Assembly (NCBI RefSeq): GCF_004010195.1
Contig: NC_057719.1
Span: forward strand, 71,998,055-72,062,054
Origin: Chiloscyllium plagiosum
Taxonomy: Eukaryota
DNA length: 64,000 bases
Reading direction: 5' to 3'
Part shown: positions 13,629 to 27,130 of the stretch, piece by piece
Numbering within the stretch: position 1 is the first letter of the stretch
How the letters are laid out: every line of letters starts with the position of its first letter
The notes under the pieces: generated by a model
The model's database searches: none
The model's input: the letters and a program-made list of their open reading frames with translations, nothing else
What the model was told of the DNA's origin: nothing
Translations under genes and position numbers: made by a program

Positions 13629-14506
13629 TGTCGTCCTACACATCTTTTCATTCAGTTCATGATCCAGTACTCTCTTGAAAACCTCGCTTGAACCTGCCTC
13701 TATGATACTTTCAGGTAATTCATTTCAGATTCTCATTATGTAAAAGCATTTTTATTCACATTGTCATTGCCTCTTTTGCCAATTCCCTGAAAAATGGTAC
13801 CGTCCATTTTTCCAGGTCCATTAGTTCTGATGAAAAGTCACAATCTAGAAGAGTGGCTCCCCCACTCTCTCAGGCAGCATAGTCCATACTTTTTTTTAGA
13901 TTAGATTACTTACAGTGTGGAAACAGGCCCTTCGGTCCAACAAGTCCACACCGACCCGCCGAAGCGCAACCCACCCATACCCCTACATCTACCCCTTATC
14001 TAACACTACTGGCAATTTAGCATGGCCAATTCACCTGACCTGCACATCTTTGAACTATGGGAGGAAACCGGAGCACCCGGAGGAAACCCACGCAGACACG
14101 CGGAGAATGTGCAAACTCCACACAGTCAGTCGCCTGAGGCGGGAATTGAACCCGGGTCTCTGGCGCTGTGAGGCAGCAGTGCTAACCACTGTGCCACCGT
14201 GCCGCCCACTTCTACCACACTTTGTGAAAAAAACTTTTCTCAGATAAAATCTGGCAGCCCTTGGAGAGAAAAATAGAGATAATCTTCTAGATTGTGACTT
14301 TTCATCAGAACTAATGGACCTGGAAAAATGGACGGTACCATTTTTCAGGGAATTGGCAAAAGAGGCAATGACAATGTGAATAAAAATGCTTTTACATAAT
14401 GAGAATCTGAAATGAATTACCTGAAAGTATCATAGAGGCAGGTTCAAGCGAGGTTTTCAAGAGAGTACTGGATCATGAACTGAATGAAAAGATGTGTAGG
14501 ACGACA
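13629..14506. repeat. Perfect 224-bp inverted repeat (arms 13629-13852 and 14283-14506)
   Basis: Manual comparison shows the arms are exact reverse complements. Confidence 0.97.
13896..14207 (-). mobile_element. HE1-type SINE (young)
   Basis: Full-length, starting (on the minus strand) gggcggcacggtggcacagtggttagc. Confidence 0.95.
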
Positions 14507-14925
14507 TAGAAGGGGGCAGGGAGTGGTGCTAAGTGAATTGCTGCTGCAAAATGCCAGCACAGACTTGATGTACTGAATGGACCCCTACTATGCCATAGCC
14601 ATATGATGATTCTACATTTCCCCAACAAATAAACAAAATCCTGTAATCAATTCTATGTGAAATCACATTGTTTTAAATAGTCTGCAAGTTTGGATCCATA
14701 TAAGAAACACACCTTAACTAAGAATATTGCACATGGCTGTCTGCAGAGGTACAAGTGCTATTTGCCTATTTCCATCAACCAATGAAGAACAAAAGTAGGT
14801 CATTCAGCCCATTGCGTCTGCTCTGCTGCTCATGGCTAATCTGATAATCTTCAACTTTGCTTCCCTATCATTTCCCCAATAGCCTCAATTCCCTTATTGA
14901 TCAAAAATCTGTCTATCTTAGCCTT

Positions 14926-15221
14926 GATTAGATTAGATTCCCTACAGTATGGAAACAGGCCCTTCAGCCCAACAGGTCCACACCGACCCTCCAAAGAGCA
15001 ACCCACCCAGACCTATTCCCCTATATTTACCCCTGACTAACGCGCCTAACACTATACATAACTCAGCATGGCCAATTCACCTGACCTGCACATCTTTGCA
15101 TTGTGGGAGGAAACCCACGCAAGCACAAGGAAATGAGCAAACTCTACACAGACAGTCACCCGAGGCAGGAATCAAACCCAGGTCCCTGGTACTGTGAGGC
15201 AGCACTGAGCCACTACGCCAC
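14926..15221 (-). mobile_element. HE1-type SINE
   Basis: gattagattagattccctacagtatggaaacaggccc tail and HE1 body. Confidence 0.9.
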
Positions 15222-15337
15222 CTGAATATATTTGAATACTTGAATACCACTTGAATATACTTAATGATCCATCCACAATATCCATCTGTGTAAAGAATTC
15301 TATAGATTCACTATCCTCAGAGAGAGGAAACTCCTGG

Positions 15338-16845
15338 CTGAAGGACCTGAACTTAAGGGAATTTATATTTGCCAGGAATTGGTGTTGGAGAGACTGTTAG
15401 GTCTGAAGGCTGATAAGTCCCTGGGGCCTGATGGTCTACATCCCAGGGTACTGAAGGAGGTGGCTCGAGAAATCGTGGATGTGTTGGTGATTATTTTCCA
15501 GAGTTCGATAGATTCGAGATCAGTTCCTGTGGATTGGAGGGTGGCTAATGTTGTACCACTTTTTAAGAAAGGTGGGAGAGAGAAAGCAGGAAATTTTAGA
15601 CCAGTTAGTCTGACCTCAGTGGTGGGAAAGATGCTGGACTCTATTATAAAGGATGAAATTACGACACATCTGGATAGTAGTAACAGGATAGGTCAGAGCC
15701 AGCATGGATTTATGAAGGGGAAATCATGCTTGACTAATCTTCTGGAATTTTTTGAGGATTATAACTCTGAAGGTGGACAAGGGAAATCCGGTAGATGTAG
15801 TGTACCTGGACTTTCAGAAAGCTTTTGATAAAGTCCCACATAGGAGGTTAGTGAGCAAACCGCAGCTTTTTACAATCTATCTTCAGGATATACAAGATGG
15901 TATTAGCAATAACATTCGCAAATTTCATCAGCTGGGTGGCAGGGTGAAATGTGATGAGGATGTTAGGAGATTACAGGGTGACCTGGACAAGTTAGGTGAG
16001 TGCTCAGATGCATGGCAGATGCACTTTCACGTGGATAAATGGATCCTTATCCACTTTGGTGGCAAGAACAGGAAGGCAGATTACCACCTAAGTGGAATCA
16101 ATTTAGGTAAAGGGGCAGTACAGAGAGATCTGGGGGTTCTTGTACACCACTCAATGAAGGTCTGCATGCAGGTACAGCAGGTAGTGAAGAAGGCTAATAG
16201 CATGCTGGCCTTCATAACAAGAGGGATTGAGTATAGAAGCAAAGAGGTCCTTCTGCGGCTGTACAGGGCCCTGGTGTGACCACACCTGGAGTACTGTGTG
16301 CAGTTCTGGTCTCCAAATTTGAGGAGAGACATTCTGGCTATTGAGGGAATGCAGCGTAGGTTCACGAGGTCAATTCCTGGAATGGCGGGACTACCTTATG
16401 CTGAAAGACTGGAGCGACTGGGCTTGTGTACCCTTGAGTTTAGAAGACTGAGAGGGGATCTGGTTGAGACATATAAGATGATCAAAGGATTGGACACTCT
16501 GGCGGCAGGCAACATGTTTCCGCTGCGGGGTGAGTGCCGAAACAGAGGACACAGGTTAAAAATACGGGGTAGACCATTTAGGACAGAGATGAGGAGAAAC
16601 TTCTTCACCCAGAGAGTGGTGGCTGTGTGGAATGCTCTGCCCCAGAGGGCAGTGGAGGCCCAGTCTCTGGATTCATTTAAGAAAGAGTTGGATAGAGCTC
16701 TCAAGGATAGTGGAATCAAGGGTTATGGAGATAAGGCAGGAACAGGATACTGATTAAGGATGATCAGCCATGATCATATTGAATGGTGGTGCAGGCTCGA
16801 AGGGCAGAATGGCCTACTCCTGCACCGATTGTCTATTGTCTATTG
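15338..16845 (+). mobile_element. 5'-truncated HER1/CR1 LINE, RT pseudogene with internal deletion
   Basis: GPDGLHPRVLKE, WRVANVVPLFKKG, QHGFMKGKSCLTNLLEFF, YLDFQKAFDKVPH and RLRGDLVETYK. Ends in a (ctattgt)n tail. Confidence 0.95.
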
Positions 16846-17446
16846 TTTCTGTCTTAAATGTCTAACCCCTTATTCTGCGATGATGTCTTTTGTCCAAGAC
16901 TCTCCCACAGGGGAAACAACCTTTCCACATTTACCCTTTCAAGTCCTTTAATATTCTTGCATGTTTCAATAAGGTCACCTCTCATTCTTTTATGTTCCAA
17001 TGAGTATAAGCCCAATCTACTCAACCTCTCCTCCATCCAATACCTCCATGACCCAGCTTTGCATATTTGTCCAAAGGTACTGTCAACTCTGTAATTAAAT
17101 GATACAAGAGTTGTAACATCTACAATGGATAATAATCTATGTTTGATCACATGTTCTTATAATCAAATTACATTCTCAACAATTCCGTAGTTGAAAATGT
17201 AATTTGATTAGTTGATATCTATGTTTGAATGCCCTCTTAATCCTAAAATTGTATTTTGGGTGAGTTAATTAACACAGCACTAACTACTTTTTTTATGAGG
17301 GATTATCCATGTCTTCTAAATGAATACATAATTCAACTTTTGATTACATATGCTTCAGTTTTGAAAAATTTTGTTTCGAAAAAGGGCAGATCAAGGTTAA
17401 AAAAAAATCATTTTCACCATAACAATCCAGAAGTGGATTCGATTTA

Positions 17447-17748
17447 GGACTCAGGTTAGATTCCTGCCTTGTGAGTGACTATGTGGAGTTTGCTCGTTCT
17501 CCCAGAGTCTGCATGAGTTTCTGTCGGGTGCTCCAGTTTCTTCCCACAGTCCAAAGATGTGCGGGTTAGGTGGAATAGCCATGCTAAGTTGTCCTGTAGT
17601 GTCCAGGAATATGCAGGCTAGGTGGATTAACCATGGGAATATGTAGGGTTAGAGGGGTAGGATGGGAGACTAGGTCTGGGTTGGATGCTCTTCAGAGCTT
17701 TGGTGCAGATTTGATGGACCAAATGACCTCATTCTACACTCTATGGAT
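17447..17748 (+). mobile_element. HE1-type SINE (older, 5'-truncated)
   Basis: gtggagtttgctcgttctccc...ccacagtccaaagatgtgc. Confidence 0.85.
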
Positions 17749-19378
17749 TTGAGATAAAACACTTAAACCTGTGTGTTGTCAAATAATTTGATTTGAATTC
17801 GGATCGATAATAATTGAGAGACTTATAATGAAATAATTAATTTGAGTCTTGGATTAATCCAAAAGTTATTTTCTGAGTACTAATCAAAACACAACAATCA
17901 AAATCATTCATAATCCATCAACACAAACATCACAGCACGACTAGATTATAATGGCCATTACCATACACCTGAGAGACCATGTTAACAGCAGGGCCTAGAT
18001 AGGAATTGAAATCTGAAAGCTCAGGTTTCTCAAATGTCCCAAGCTGAGAGCAGGTAGATCTAGTTGGGAAATATGGTAAAGATAGTGTAAGGAAGTCTGG
18101 GTCTCAATGCTGGATTATTGAAGAATGATGGTAACTTGAGGGAAGGATCAATTGACCCCCTTTATCATGTCTGCTTTCCCAAGTCCAGGGATACTGTGGT
18201 TAGAAATAATGCGAAAGCATGCAACCTTCTCAATATTTAAATGTCTGACCCATGTTATATAAGGGTCCAAACCTTGGAACAACCTTGCTTTTAAACAACT
18301 TCCCTGTCACAGGACTACAAATTATTCATACAAAAACCACAGTGCAGACACAATTGGACCACTCTGGAATTCCATCATCTGTACAAATCACATGAGTGCA
18401 TGTACATAAACATACAAAGAAGCTAGATTAGTCTATATCTCATGTAACTATGAACTCAGAGCATAGTACATCTATCATTGCCATGCTTTGCAATATTTAT
18501 ATATAATCACGTGTTCTTGATATAAGAGCCTAAAGACAGTTCTTGACTTTTCCTTCACTCAAGCAGTCTATGTTGAACACAAACTCATACAGCAGAATTA
18601 TATAGGGGCCTGAATGATATGAATTATAGCAGAAACATGCAAGAAGTCCAGTAAGGTCTGTCTCAATGTCACAAGCAACTTGTGCATTTTCCAGCAGAGT
18701 TCAGGACATGGATACAAGGTTCCCACAAGGGAGAGATAGGAGGCTTATTGACCGGGATAATTTCCAGTTATCACCTTCATTAACTGCAAATCTTTCCTCA
18801 TAATACACAGCTTCCTGTAGTATCATGGGATGGATAGAACCTGGGAATTACCATCATGGAGGTCAGAGCAGGTAACTGGCAATTCCAGCTCAAGGCTTGC
18901 TTCTCAAAACCCCCATCTTGGTCATCCAGCACCAACATTACAGGGCACATTCCAGGGCACCAGTCACACGCACCCTGCTTCCATCCACTCTGGCAACTGA
19001 CACTTGCTAGCCTATCTGTCCCATTTATGTTCCAGTTACAAGATGTTTCTGTATTGCCATGTTGCACTTTGAAATTCAACGGCAACTATAATTAGAATAC
19101 TGCTACATGACACACTGCACGCAGGGACAGGAACCTAGCTCACAGACTAGACCAGGCTGCATCTCAGGGCTGCTCATTTACTTTCTTAGCGCTTGCTCAC
19201 TTAGCACCTACTGAGATGCTCACAACATCCCTACTTTACATTGTGTTCTTTGCATTTTTCCCCCAGCCGCAACTTAATAGCTGACAGTATTTTTCTGTTG
19301 TCTTGCTGTTCAGTGCAGACACAAAACCAGGCAGCAACCCAAGTTGATGTGTTCCAGCAGCTTCCACTGCATCAATAG

Positions 19379-20017
19379 TGTGATGGTATTATGGCTTTAA
19401 GAGACTTATTTTGTTCTTTTTTTAATGAAAAATGGGTTGAGACAGAGATACCAAGCAGTCTGCTCTAAAGCCATTAAAGTAAACAGCTTGTGAGGCCTTC
19501 GTGTTTGTTTTCAAGTAGCCTAAATTGTGGAGTGGGGGCGGGGGCAAGGGTGGTGGTGGTCTAGCTCCCACAGAACCAGGTTTATTTTTGGTAACTTTCA
19601 CTAGCAGTTGCTGTGATCTTGAGTCTGGATGTGGGAGTGTTTATTCCTCTCTCTGGGTTACAGCTGAAAGCTGGGGTTCTCTTCCTGCTGCTAGAATTGC
19701 ATGTGAGGCAATCTATTTTACTGCATTTGTCTTTGTAAAGAATGTGTTTAAGGGATATGACAATATTGGAAAAGTTAATGAGCAGCAGTTATATATATAA
19801 TTTTGTTAAGCATTTTGATAAGAGTTAAAATCTTTTACTTTTATTTTGTCCATATTTACTTGTATGAAGAAAGTGTGTTCAGTTTCAAGCCTGATCGTTT
19901 GACTAACTGAATTGCATCTGGAACACAAGTTTTCATTTACCTTTAAAATAAGGAAAACATTAGCGTCTAGACTATCTTCTTAATGTATTTTGTGGGTGTT
20001 TGTTCTGGTCCATAACA
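19379..20017 (+). mobile_element. Probable solo LTR
   Basis: Begins TGTGATGG and ends CATAACA. Flanks atag/acag give a near 4-bp TSD. About 640 bp and non-coding. Confidence 0.55.
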
Positions 20018-20144
20018 ACAGCAAGCAGACAGCCATGTTTCACAGTCTAAAGGGAGTGGTCTTCAGTGAAGTTTGGGATAAATCTGTTCACTGTACAGCC
20101 TCCGATATCAGTCCAGGGTCTGGACACAGACTGCTCAGATAAAA

Positions 20145-20445
20145 ATTTTTTATTCACTCATGGGATGAGAACGTCACTGGCTAGGCCAGCATTTAGTGCC
20201 CATCCCTAATTGCTCCAATGGTAGTTAAGTGTCAACCATATTGCACATGTAGGCCAGACCAGGTAAGGATGGCAGTTTCCTTCCCTGAAGGACATTAGTG
20301 AACCAGGTGGGCTTTTCCACCAATCCGCAATGGATTCATGGTCATCGCTAGACTCAATTCCAGATTTTTGTTAAATTCAAATTCCACCATCTGCCATGGC
20401 CTGAGAACATGACCTGGATCTCTCAATTAACTGACCAGTGATAAT
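20145..20445 (-). mobile_element. CR1/L2-group LINE 3' end (second LINE family)
   Basis: ttttattcactcatgggatg...gcccatccctaattg is the reverse complement of the 3' end seen at ~22680-22740. Confidence 0.7.
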
Positions 20446-20463
20446 ATCAAATTCTTTCCACTT

Positions 20464-20768
20464 GATTAGATTAGATTAGATTAGATTACTTACAGTGTGG
20501 AAACAGGCCCTTCGGCCCAACAAGTCCACACCGACCCGCCGAAGCGTAACCCACCCAGATCCGTTCTCCTACATTTACCCCTTCACCTAATGCTACGGGC
20601 AATTTAGCATGGCCAATTCACCTGACCTGCACATTTTTGGATTGTGGGAGGAAACCGGAGCACCCGGAGGAAACCCACACAGACACGGGGAGAATTGAGG
20701 CGGGAATTGAACCCGGGTCTCTGGCACTGTGAGGCAGCAGTGCTAACCACTGTGCCATCGTGCCACCC
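20464..20768 (-). mobile_element. HE1-type SINE with small internal deletion
   Basis: (gatta)n tail and HE1 body. Confidence 0.93.
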
Positions 20769-21079
20769 AAAATCAATAAGCCATCACCTCGCCATTAAAT
20801 CAGGATCCCCTCTTCTTGGGTGGTGAGGAGCTGACTGTTGGGAGGCCAATTACCAGTCATTTCCAGCAGGCCTCAGTCAAGACAAGAGCAATATTCTTCA
20901 CCCAGGGGGTCCCACACATTGTAGGGCAGCTTCTTATACTTGTCCAGGGACCTAGATATAGACAATCAGGGTTGGTCAGAATCAGGATAGTCATAAGGTA
21001 TGAGGATCCGAACGTAAGGCAGCCCAGTAACTATCTTCAGTTAACCAGACAGTCAGAGCGAGGGAGACTGCTGGAGAAA

Positions 21080-21235
21080 GACTGACGTGGAAGTGCCGGT
21101 ATTGGACTGGAGTGGACAAAGTTTAAAAATCACACAACACAAAGTTATAGTCCAACAGGTTTATTTGGAGGCACTAGCTTTTGAAGCGCTGCTTCTTCAT
21201 CAGGTGATTGTGAAGCAGAACCATACGACACAGAA
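21080..21235 (-). mobile_element. Penelope terminal fragment
   Basis: ccggtattggactggagtggacaaagtttaaaaatcacacaacac...cttcatcagg, the same family as 10150, 27715 and 42136. Confidence 0.85.
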
Positions 21236-21989
21236 AGACTGAAGTAGATTGAGTAAAGTGGGAGAGGGGCAAAGAGGTGTTTTCATCAAGATTATCTGCA
21301 AGAAATCAAGTGAATGGGAAATGAAATAAGACACAAATTGAGAGGCCTAACTGCACTGAAGCCAATAGTGGCATGGTTTCCCTCATGCAGGGAAAGCAGC
21401 ATATTGGTGGGAAACCTTAATTTGGCATTTGGAGAGGCAGTGGGACCTGCAAGGGAGCAGCTCACACTGAGATTGAAACAGACTGAGTAACATCACAGGA
21501 AAACAATAAATGCATTGGTTGGTTAGGAACTGTCTACTAATCAGTGTAAACTAGAAAAGCGTAATTTTTTTAACCATCAGCTATACATAGATTTAACACA
21601 GAAAGGCAGGGCCAATAAGCAATACAGCTAATAAGGGAAGTAAAGTTAAACTTAAACTAAGATCTGCAGAGACTTAAGGCAATGACTTTGCATTGCCGTG
21701 GGAGTGGGTTGTGGTGAAATAAGGTTTAGTTAATATTCTTTAAAGTGATTAACTAACAAGGTTAATCTAAAGGGAGGTCATGGCAGCAGAGCTCACACCT
21801 ATGGCAGAGCATATGCTCTTCCTGCACTGTGTCAAAAGTCACAGTCACATCCAGTGTCGCTGTTGACCATGTGCGTACCAAGTGTGCTCGGGTGAAGCTA
21901 TTGGCTACCCATATTTCGGAGCCGCACTGGAGTTGTTCACCAGTGATTGTGCAATGTTCAGCGCCATTTGCAACTCCTCAGGTGCTGAA

Positions 21990-22742
21990 GAAAATATGTG
22001 TTCAAATGCAGCAAGATCTGGGCAATATCCAGGCTTAGGGTGAAAAGTGGCAAGTAGCATTTGCACCGCGCAAGTGCCAAGCAATGACCATCTCCAACAA
22101 GAAAGAATCTAACTCACGCTCCTTCTCATCCTGGGGATTAACATAGACCAGAACCAGGACTGAACCTACCATTATAAATACAGAGTCTGGAAGAGCTGGC
22201 CATGTGCTATGGAATTATGCAGGAAGTAACTTACCTTCTGTCTCCCTAAAGTTTGCCCACTATCTATGAGTGCAATGGAATAATCCCCACTTGCCCAGAT
22301 GAGTGCAACTCTAACAACACTCAAGCTGTTTGACATTATTCAGGACAAAGCAATCTGCTGATTGGCACCTCATCCACCAACATCAGTGCAGTATCAGCAA
22401 TGTGTACTATCTACAAGATACTACAGTAACTCATGAAGATTCTTCCAATTGCACCTTCCAAATCTGTGGCCTCTACCACCTGGAAGGAAAATGGCAGCAA
22501 ATGCCTGGGAATACCACCACATGCAAGATTCCCTTCCAAATACAACAAGCCTTCTTAGGACTATTTTGTCATTCCTTCACTGCTGCTAGGTCAAAATCTT
22601 GGAACTCCCTTCCTATGCACTGAGTGACCCCACACCCCAACCCTATAATAGTTTAAGCAAATAAATCCCCACCAGCTTCCCCAGGAAAACTAGTAATGGG
22701 CAGTAAATGTGAAACCCACATCCCATGAACAAATAAAAAAAT
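21990..22742 (+). mobile_element. CR1/L2-group LINE 3' portion
   Basis: MQQDLGNIQA.., SKSWNSLP and the terminus cacatcccatgaacaaataaaaaa. Confidence 0.75.
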
Positions 22743-23149
22743 CTAGTTGGTTTCTGCAGCCAATAGTGCCTGATCCAGTTCTGTCAAAATTCAGCTAATT
22801 TAAATAGAAGTAGTCTCGATAAAATGCACAAAGTAACAAAGCTCAAAAATAACAACTTGTGACTGAATAAAAGCTTGAAAAGTGGTAATCCAGTGAGGGA
22901 AGAGTTGTTGTTCTGATCTTTTACTAAAATAAGGAGTGGTTTTAGAGAAGTAGCAGGATGAGAGATGAATGTTGGAAGGATTAATTAGATGAGCAGCTGG
23001 CTCATTGGTTATTGAGTTTTACATTTATCTCATCTATAAATAGGATAGCGATTTAAACTGCTAATGGAAAATGTAACTATTGTTTTATATTTTTAACTTA
23101 ATTAAATTGTGTATATAATAATGGATGATCATTGGATTATGTTTCTCAA

Positions 23150-23990
23150 ATACAGCAGAGTAGAGTAGCTTTTGTCATTTCTACCAAATACAACTGATAA
23201 AAGACAGGAAAAATGGCATGGCAGTTGTTGTGTTGCAGATGTAGTATATGGAGAAGGTGGATACCTGGGAAATCCACAGCAGCTACGTCCGAAATAGATG
23301 CCTGAAGTACAAGGAACTTTGGTCTGAGTTGAACTGGATTCTGAGTTTTGCAGATTGAGGTACAATGGGAGGATGTGGCAGAAAATGTTAGCGAACACAG
23401 TTCCAGGTGACAGTCAACACCCCTTAGGCTAGGTACTTTGGATTTGGTCTGCAGTCAGTAGAGAAGAATATGAGTGCAATTGAGACTGTATGGGCATCGA
23501 AAAAGAAGTAATGAGGGAGATTCAGATCTTGCAATTGTCCAAGAGGTTTGAGGTTCTTGCAGCTTGTGTGGTTGAGGTTTGGGGGATGAGCAATCTGATC
23601 ATTGCACCATGGTGCAAGTGGTGTATTAAAAAGGAATGTTAGTGTAGCAGGGAAAATATGTGTGATATATACTATACTCTGCAATGAACAGCATACGTCC
23701 CAACACTGTCTTGCATTCCTGGTGCCAAGCTTAAGGACATTTGCATGGCCTGGAGAGAAATGATGAGGGATTCAGTTGTTGCGCTCCTTTTGGCTAAAGC
23801 TTAGGAAGGATTATAAAAAAGGGATTTTGCTAAGTAGCATGAATGGTGGGAATCTAAATTAAAGAGCAGAATCCATAAAGATAATGATCTCTGGATTATT
23901 ACATGAGCCACAAACAAATTAGTGTAGGGGAAATCAAGTCAGAGTTGAATGCATGGTTTAAAGATTGATGCGGAGAAATGGGAAACAATG
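23150..23990 (+). mobile_element. CR1 5' region / ORF1 (SGNH esterase-like) remnant
   Basis: tgcattcctggtgccaagcttaaggacatt (CIPGAKLKDI) and ataatgatctctggattatta (IMISGLL) match the CR1 ORF1 esterase motifs CLPGARVKDI and IISGLL. Confidence 0.65.
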
Positions 23991-24849
23991 AAATTCACTC
24001 TACTTATTTGTGAATGACTTTACTTGCATTTGAAACAATTCAGCAAATGTTCACTCAGCTGATTTCTTTAATAAAAGGGTCAGCTCATATGAAAAGCTTC
24101 AGTAGGTTGGACCTGTACCTGTTAGCATTTAGAAGTATGGGAAAGGTATAAAGATCATTTATATCTTTATACCTGAGGGTGGATGCTGAGAGGATGGTTC
24201 CCCTTGTCAGGGAGTCAACAAATAGAGAATGCAATTTCACAATTAGGGGGTCTCTCATTTGAGATATCGTTTTTTTTTGTCTTAGGGGTCATCAGCCTAT
24301 GGGATTGTCTTCACTTCCAGAGAGCAGTGGAGATAGGCTCATTAAACATATTTTGATAAATTTTGGTCAACCAGGGTGTCTCGAGATATTGGGGGTAGAC
24401 AGAAACGTGGGGTGAGGGTCACTATCAGATCAGATCAGATAAATATTTTTAATTAATGTTCAGCAATGTTATAACACCCTCTGGAGCTGGTGGGACTTGA
24501 ACCCAGACCTCCTAGCTCAGAGATAGGGACAGAACCTGTTCACCACAAGATCCTTACCTTACAAAATATACCTTATCAAAATGGCAAAGCAGACTCAGCA
24601 TACATCTGCTGCTAATTCTTGTGTTAAGGAAGTCTGACTAAAAACAGTCACTTGTGGAATGGTACAGCTTAACAATTCACAGATGGTTTTGTCTTCCCAA
24701 GCAGCCTCTCAGTCCACCTGTAAAAATATTAGAGAGACATCTACAAAGGATATGGCACTCTGATTCTGATCCCTCATTATATCATCATGCTTCTGCCATT
24801 TAAGTCAAAAGCAAGAGGTAGGAGTGTCTGACATGCAAGAGGAATTGGA

Positions 24850-25550
24850 TTCATTTATTTACCATTTTGTGGCATGTGGATAGGCCAGTATACCTACCCA
24901 AACCCAGTTGCCCCTGAGAGGGTGATGAGCTACCTTCTTTGAGTCGCTGCAGTCCTTGTGTTGTAGATATACTCACAGCACTGTTAGGAAGGAAGTTTCT
25001 GGATTTTGAGCCAGCATCAGTGAAGGAACATTGATTATTGTACTACAGCAGGGTGGTGGATGATTTGGAGAGGGAGTTTGCAAGAGGTGGTGTTCCCATG
25101 TATCCTCGGTACTGTGTCTTCTTGCTGGTAGAGCTGCAGATTTGCAAGATCTCATCAAAAGAGCCTTGGTGAATTAATGCCTTGCATCTTATAGATGGTA
25201 AACATTGCTGCCATTGTGTGTTGGTGATGCATAGAGTGAATGTTGAATTGGTAGATGCTATGTCAATCAAATAAGCTGCTTGGTCATGGATGGGTTCAAG
25301 CTCCTTGAATGTTGTTGGAGCTTCACTCACCCAGGCAAGTGGAAGGCATTCTATCACATTGCTGACTTGTGCTCTGGATCGGGTAGTCAGGCTTAGATAG
25401 TCAGGAGGTGAGTTATTTGTTGCAGAATTCCATTGAAAGAGGTGGCTAAGTTCTGTCTTTTTGTAGATGGTCGTTGTTCAGTATTTGTGTAGTGCAAGTA
25501 GAACTTGCCACTTATCAGCCCACACCTGAATGCTGTTCACATCCTGCTGT
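24850..25550 (-). mobile_element. CR1/L2-group LINE 3' portion
   Basis: Minus ORF IECLPLAWVSEAPTTFKELEPIHDQAAYLI. It is the reverse complement of the 21990-22742 family. Confidence 0.75.
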
Positions 25551-26299
25551 ATATTATCATCAAATTCTTTTGTATTGGACAAGTCATGCATTAATTGCAA
25601 AATGTTAGGACCTCAGTTGGCAGCAGGAAAAGAAGACCATCCACAAGCCCACTCACTCCTGGCTTTATCGGGCTGGGGGTAGAAAGCCAGCAATACTCCC
25701 AGCTGGCACTCACCTGCATAATGAACCGCCACCCCATCAAGATTCAAACCCATCTCAGGGAAGGGCGGTAGAATTCCAACTGCTGAATGAAAAGCTGTTT
25801 GATGTTTTATACACCTTGGTCTCAGCATATAATTTCCATTCAATTTGGATATAAAATAAGCTGTCTTTTTATTCCAAATGCATTCACTTAATGGTGTGTC
25901 ATGCCAAACCAGGAATCCCATTCACATTCAACATGATGAGTAGATGAGCACACGTTTAAAATCACATTTTGGGGCTGACAAGTCATCAGAGTTAATTGTT
26001 TAAGTGATTCAGTACATTGTAAGCAGAATGTTAATTTTGTTCTTTTTTTATTCCTAATTGCTGTTTTCCTTCCAACAACTAAGCTAGTAGTGTTGGTACA
26101 CTGCTGTGACAGTAAAGTTTGTGCAATGCCTGAAGTATCCAAGACAATAATTAAGACTGTGACAACTTTGTTTCTTCTTCATTTGCACTTCAGTTTCTTG
26201 CATTGTTTCACACACTATGATAACATCAAGAAATTTGATGCAGAACTGGTTTAGGAATCAGAGACAGAATTTATACTCTGTACTTTGAAATTTACTGTC

Positions 26300-27130
26300 A
26301 AACACCTTTCAGGAAGAACCAGCTCAAAATGATTTCCCCAGTGGAACATGTCATCAGCTTCCTCAGAACGTTCTCATCTCTTGCTGCATTACTGGAAATA
26401 ATGATGCTGTTCATTGTAAACTGGGATTATTTGCGCTAAAATGTGTTAAATATTGATGTTCTTATTTTCTGTTGACATCTTTGGCACTCCACTGTTTTTA
26501 CTTTGTTGATAAAACGCTGTTTTTGATAATAAATCGTCACTTGCCGAAGGGGTTATAATTCACAATCAACCAACATTTCAGGTAAACCGATATGGTAACT
26601 ACCTTCCCACAATTTTTTCACTTTTTCACCTTTTTTTAATGTAAATAATTTTACCTTCTAATGATCTAATTACTTGTTTTATTAACTTTCTACCAAGAAA
26701 TGATTCCCAACGTATCTGCTTTTCACTTCTCCAGTTTTAGTTAAAAGACTGTACCTCATTGATGATCACAAAGAAAACTTCCACTGTCTTGACCCTCATC
26801 AACCAATGTGGTGAGGTACAGAATAACCATTAATGTTCATGTAGAATAAAGATTGCATGAATGTAATTCCACCACATCCGTCGCTTTAGGTACAGATCCG
26901 AAATATTATTTACGCTTAAGAAATATCCACAATTTATTCTTACAGTGCCTCCACAAAATCTTAACTATGTATGGAATCTATTATTAATTCCACTTTCTGA
27001 CTGGGTTTCTTCTCCAGCATCTGAATCACTGCTATTTCTGAAATCACCCAGCTACCCAGCATCTTTAACTATTTTAGGAATTGTCTCATGCCAATTTAAA
27101 GGGCACAAAATTTTAACTAAAAATGTTAAG
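26300..27130 (+). mobile_element. Possible very old RTE-clade LINE relic
   Basis: Frameshifted ENFHCL..LINQCG, QCLHKIL and ISEITQLPSI occur in the order of RTE motifs (ENFxYLGS, RCLRKIL, LPSI). Confidence 0.35.

Larger units (their letters stand above)
14780..17045 (-). mobile_element. Old CR1 3' fragment split by younger HE1 and CR1 insertions (pieces ~14780-14925, 15222-15337, 16846-17045)
   Basis: Minus ORF 16854-17150 RLGLYSLEHKRMRGDLIETCK. The 3' UTR lies at 14780-14925. Confidence 0.75.
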
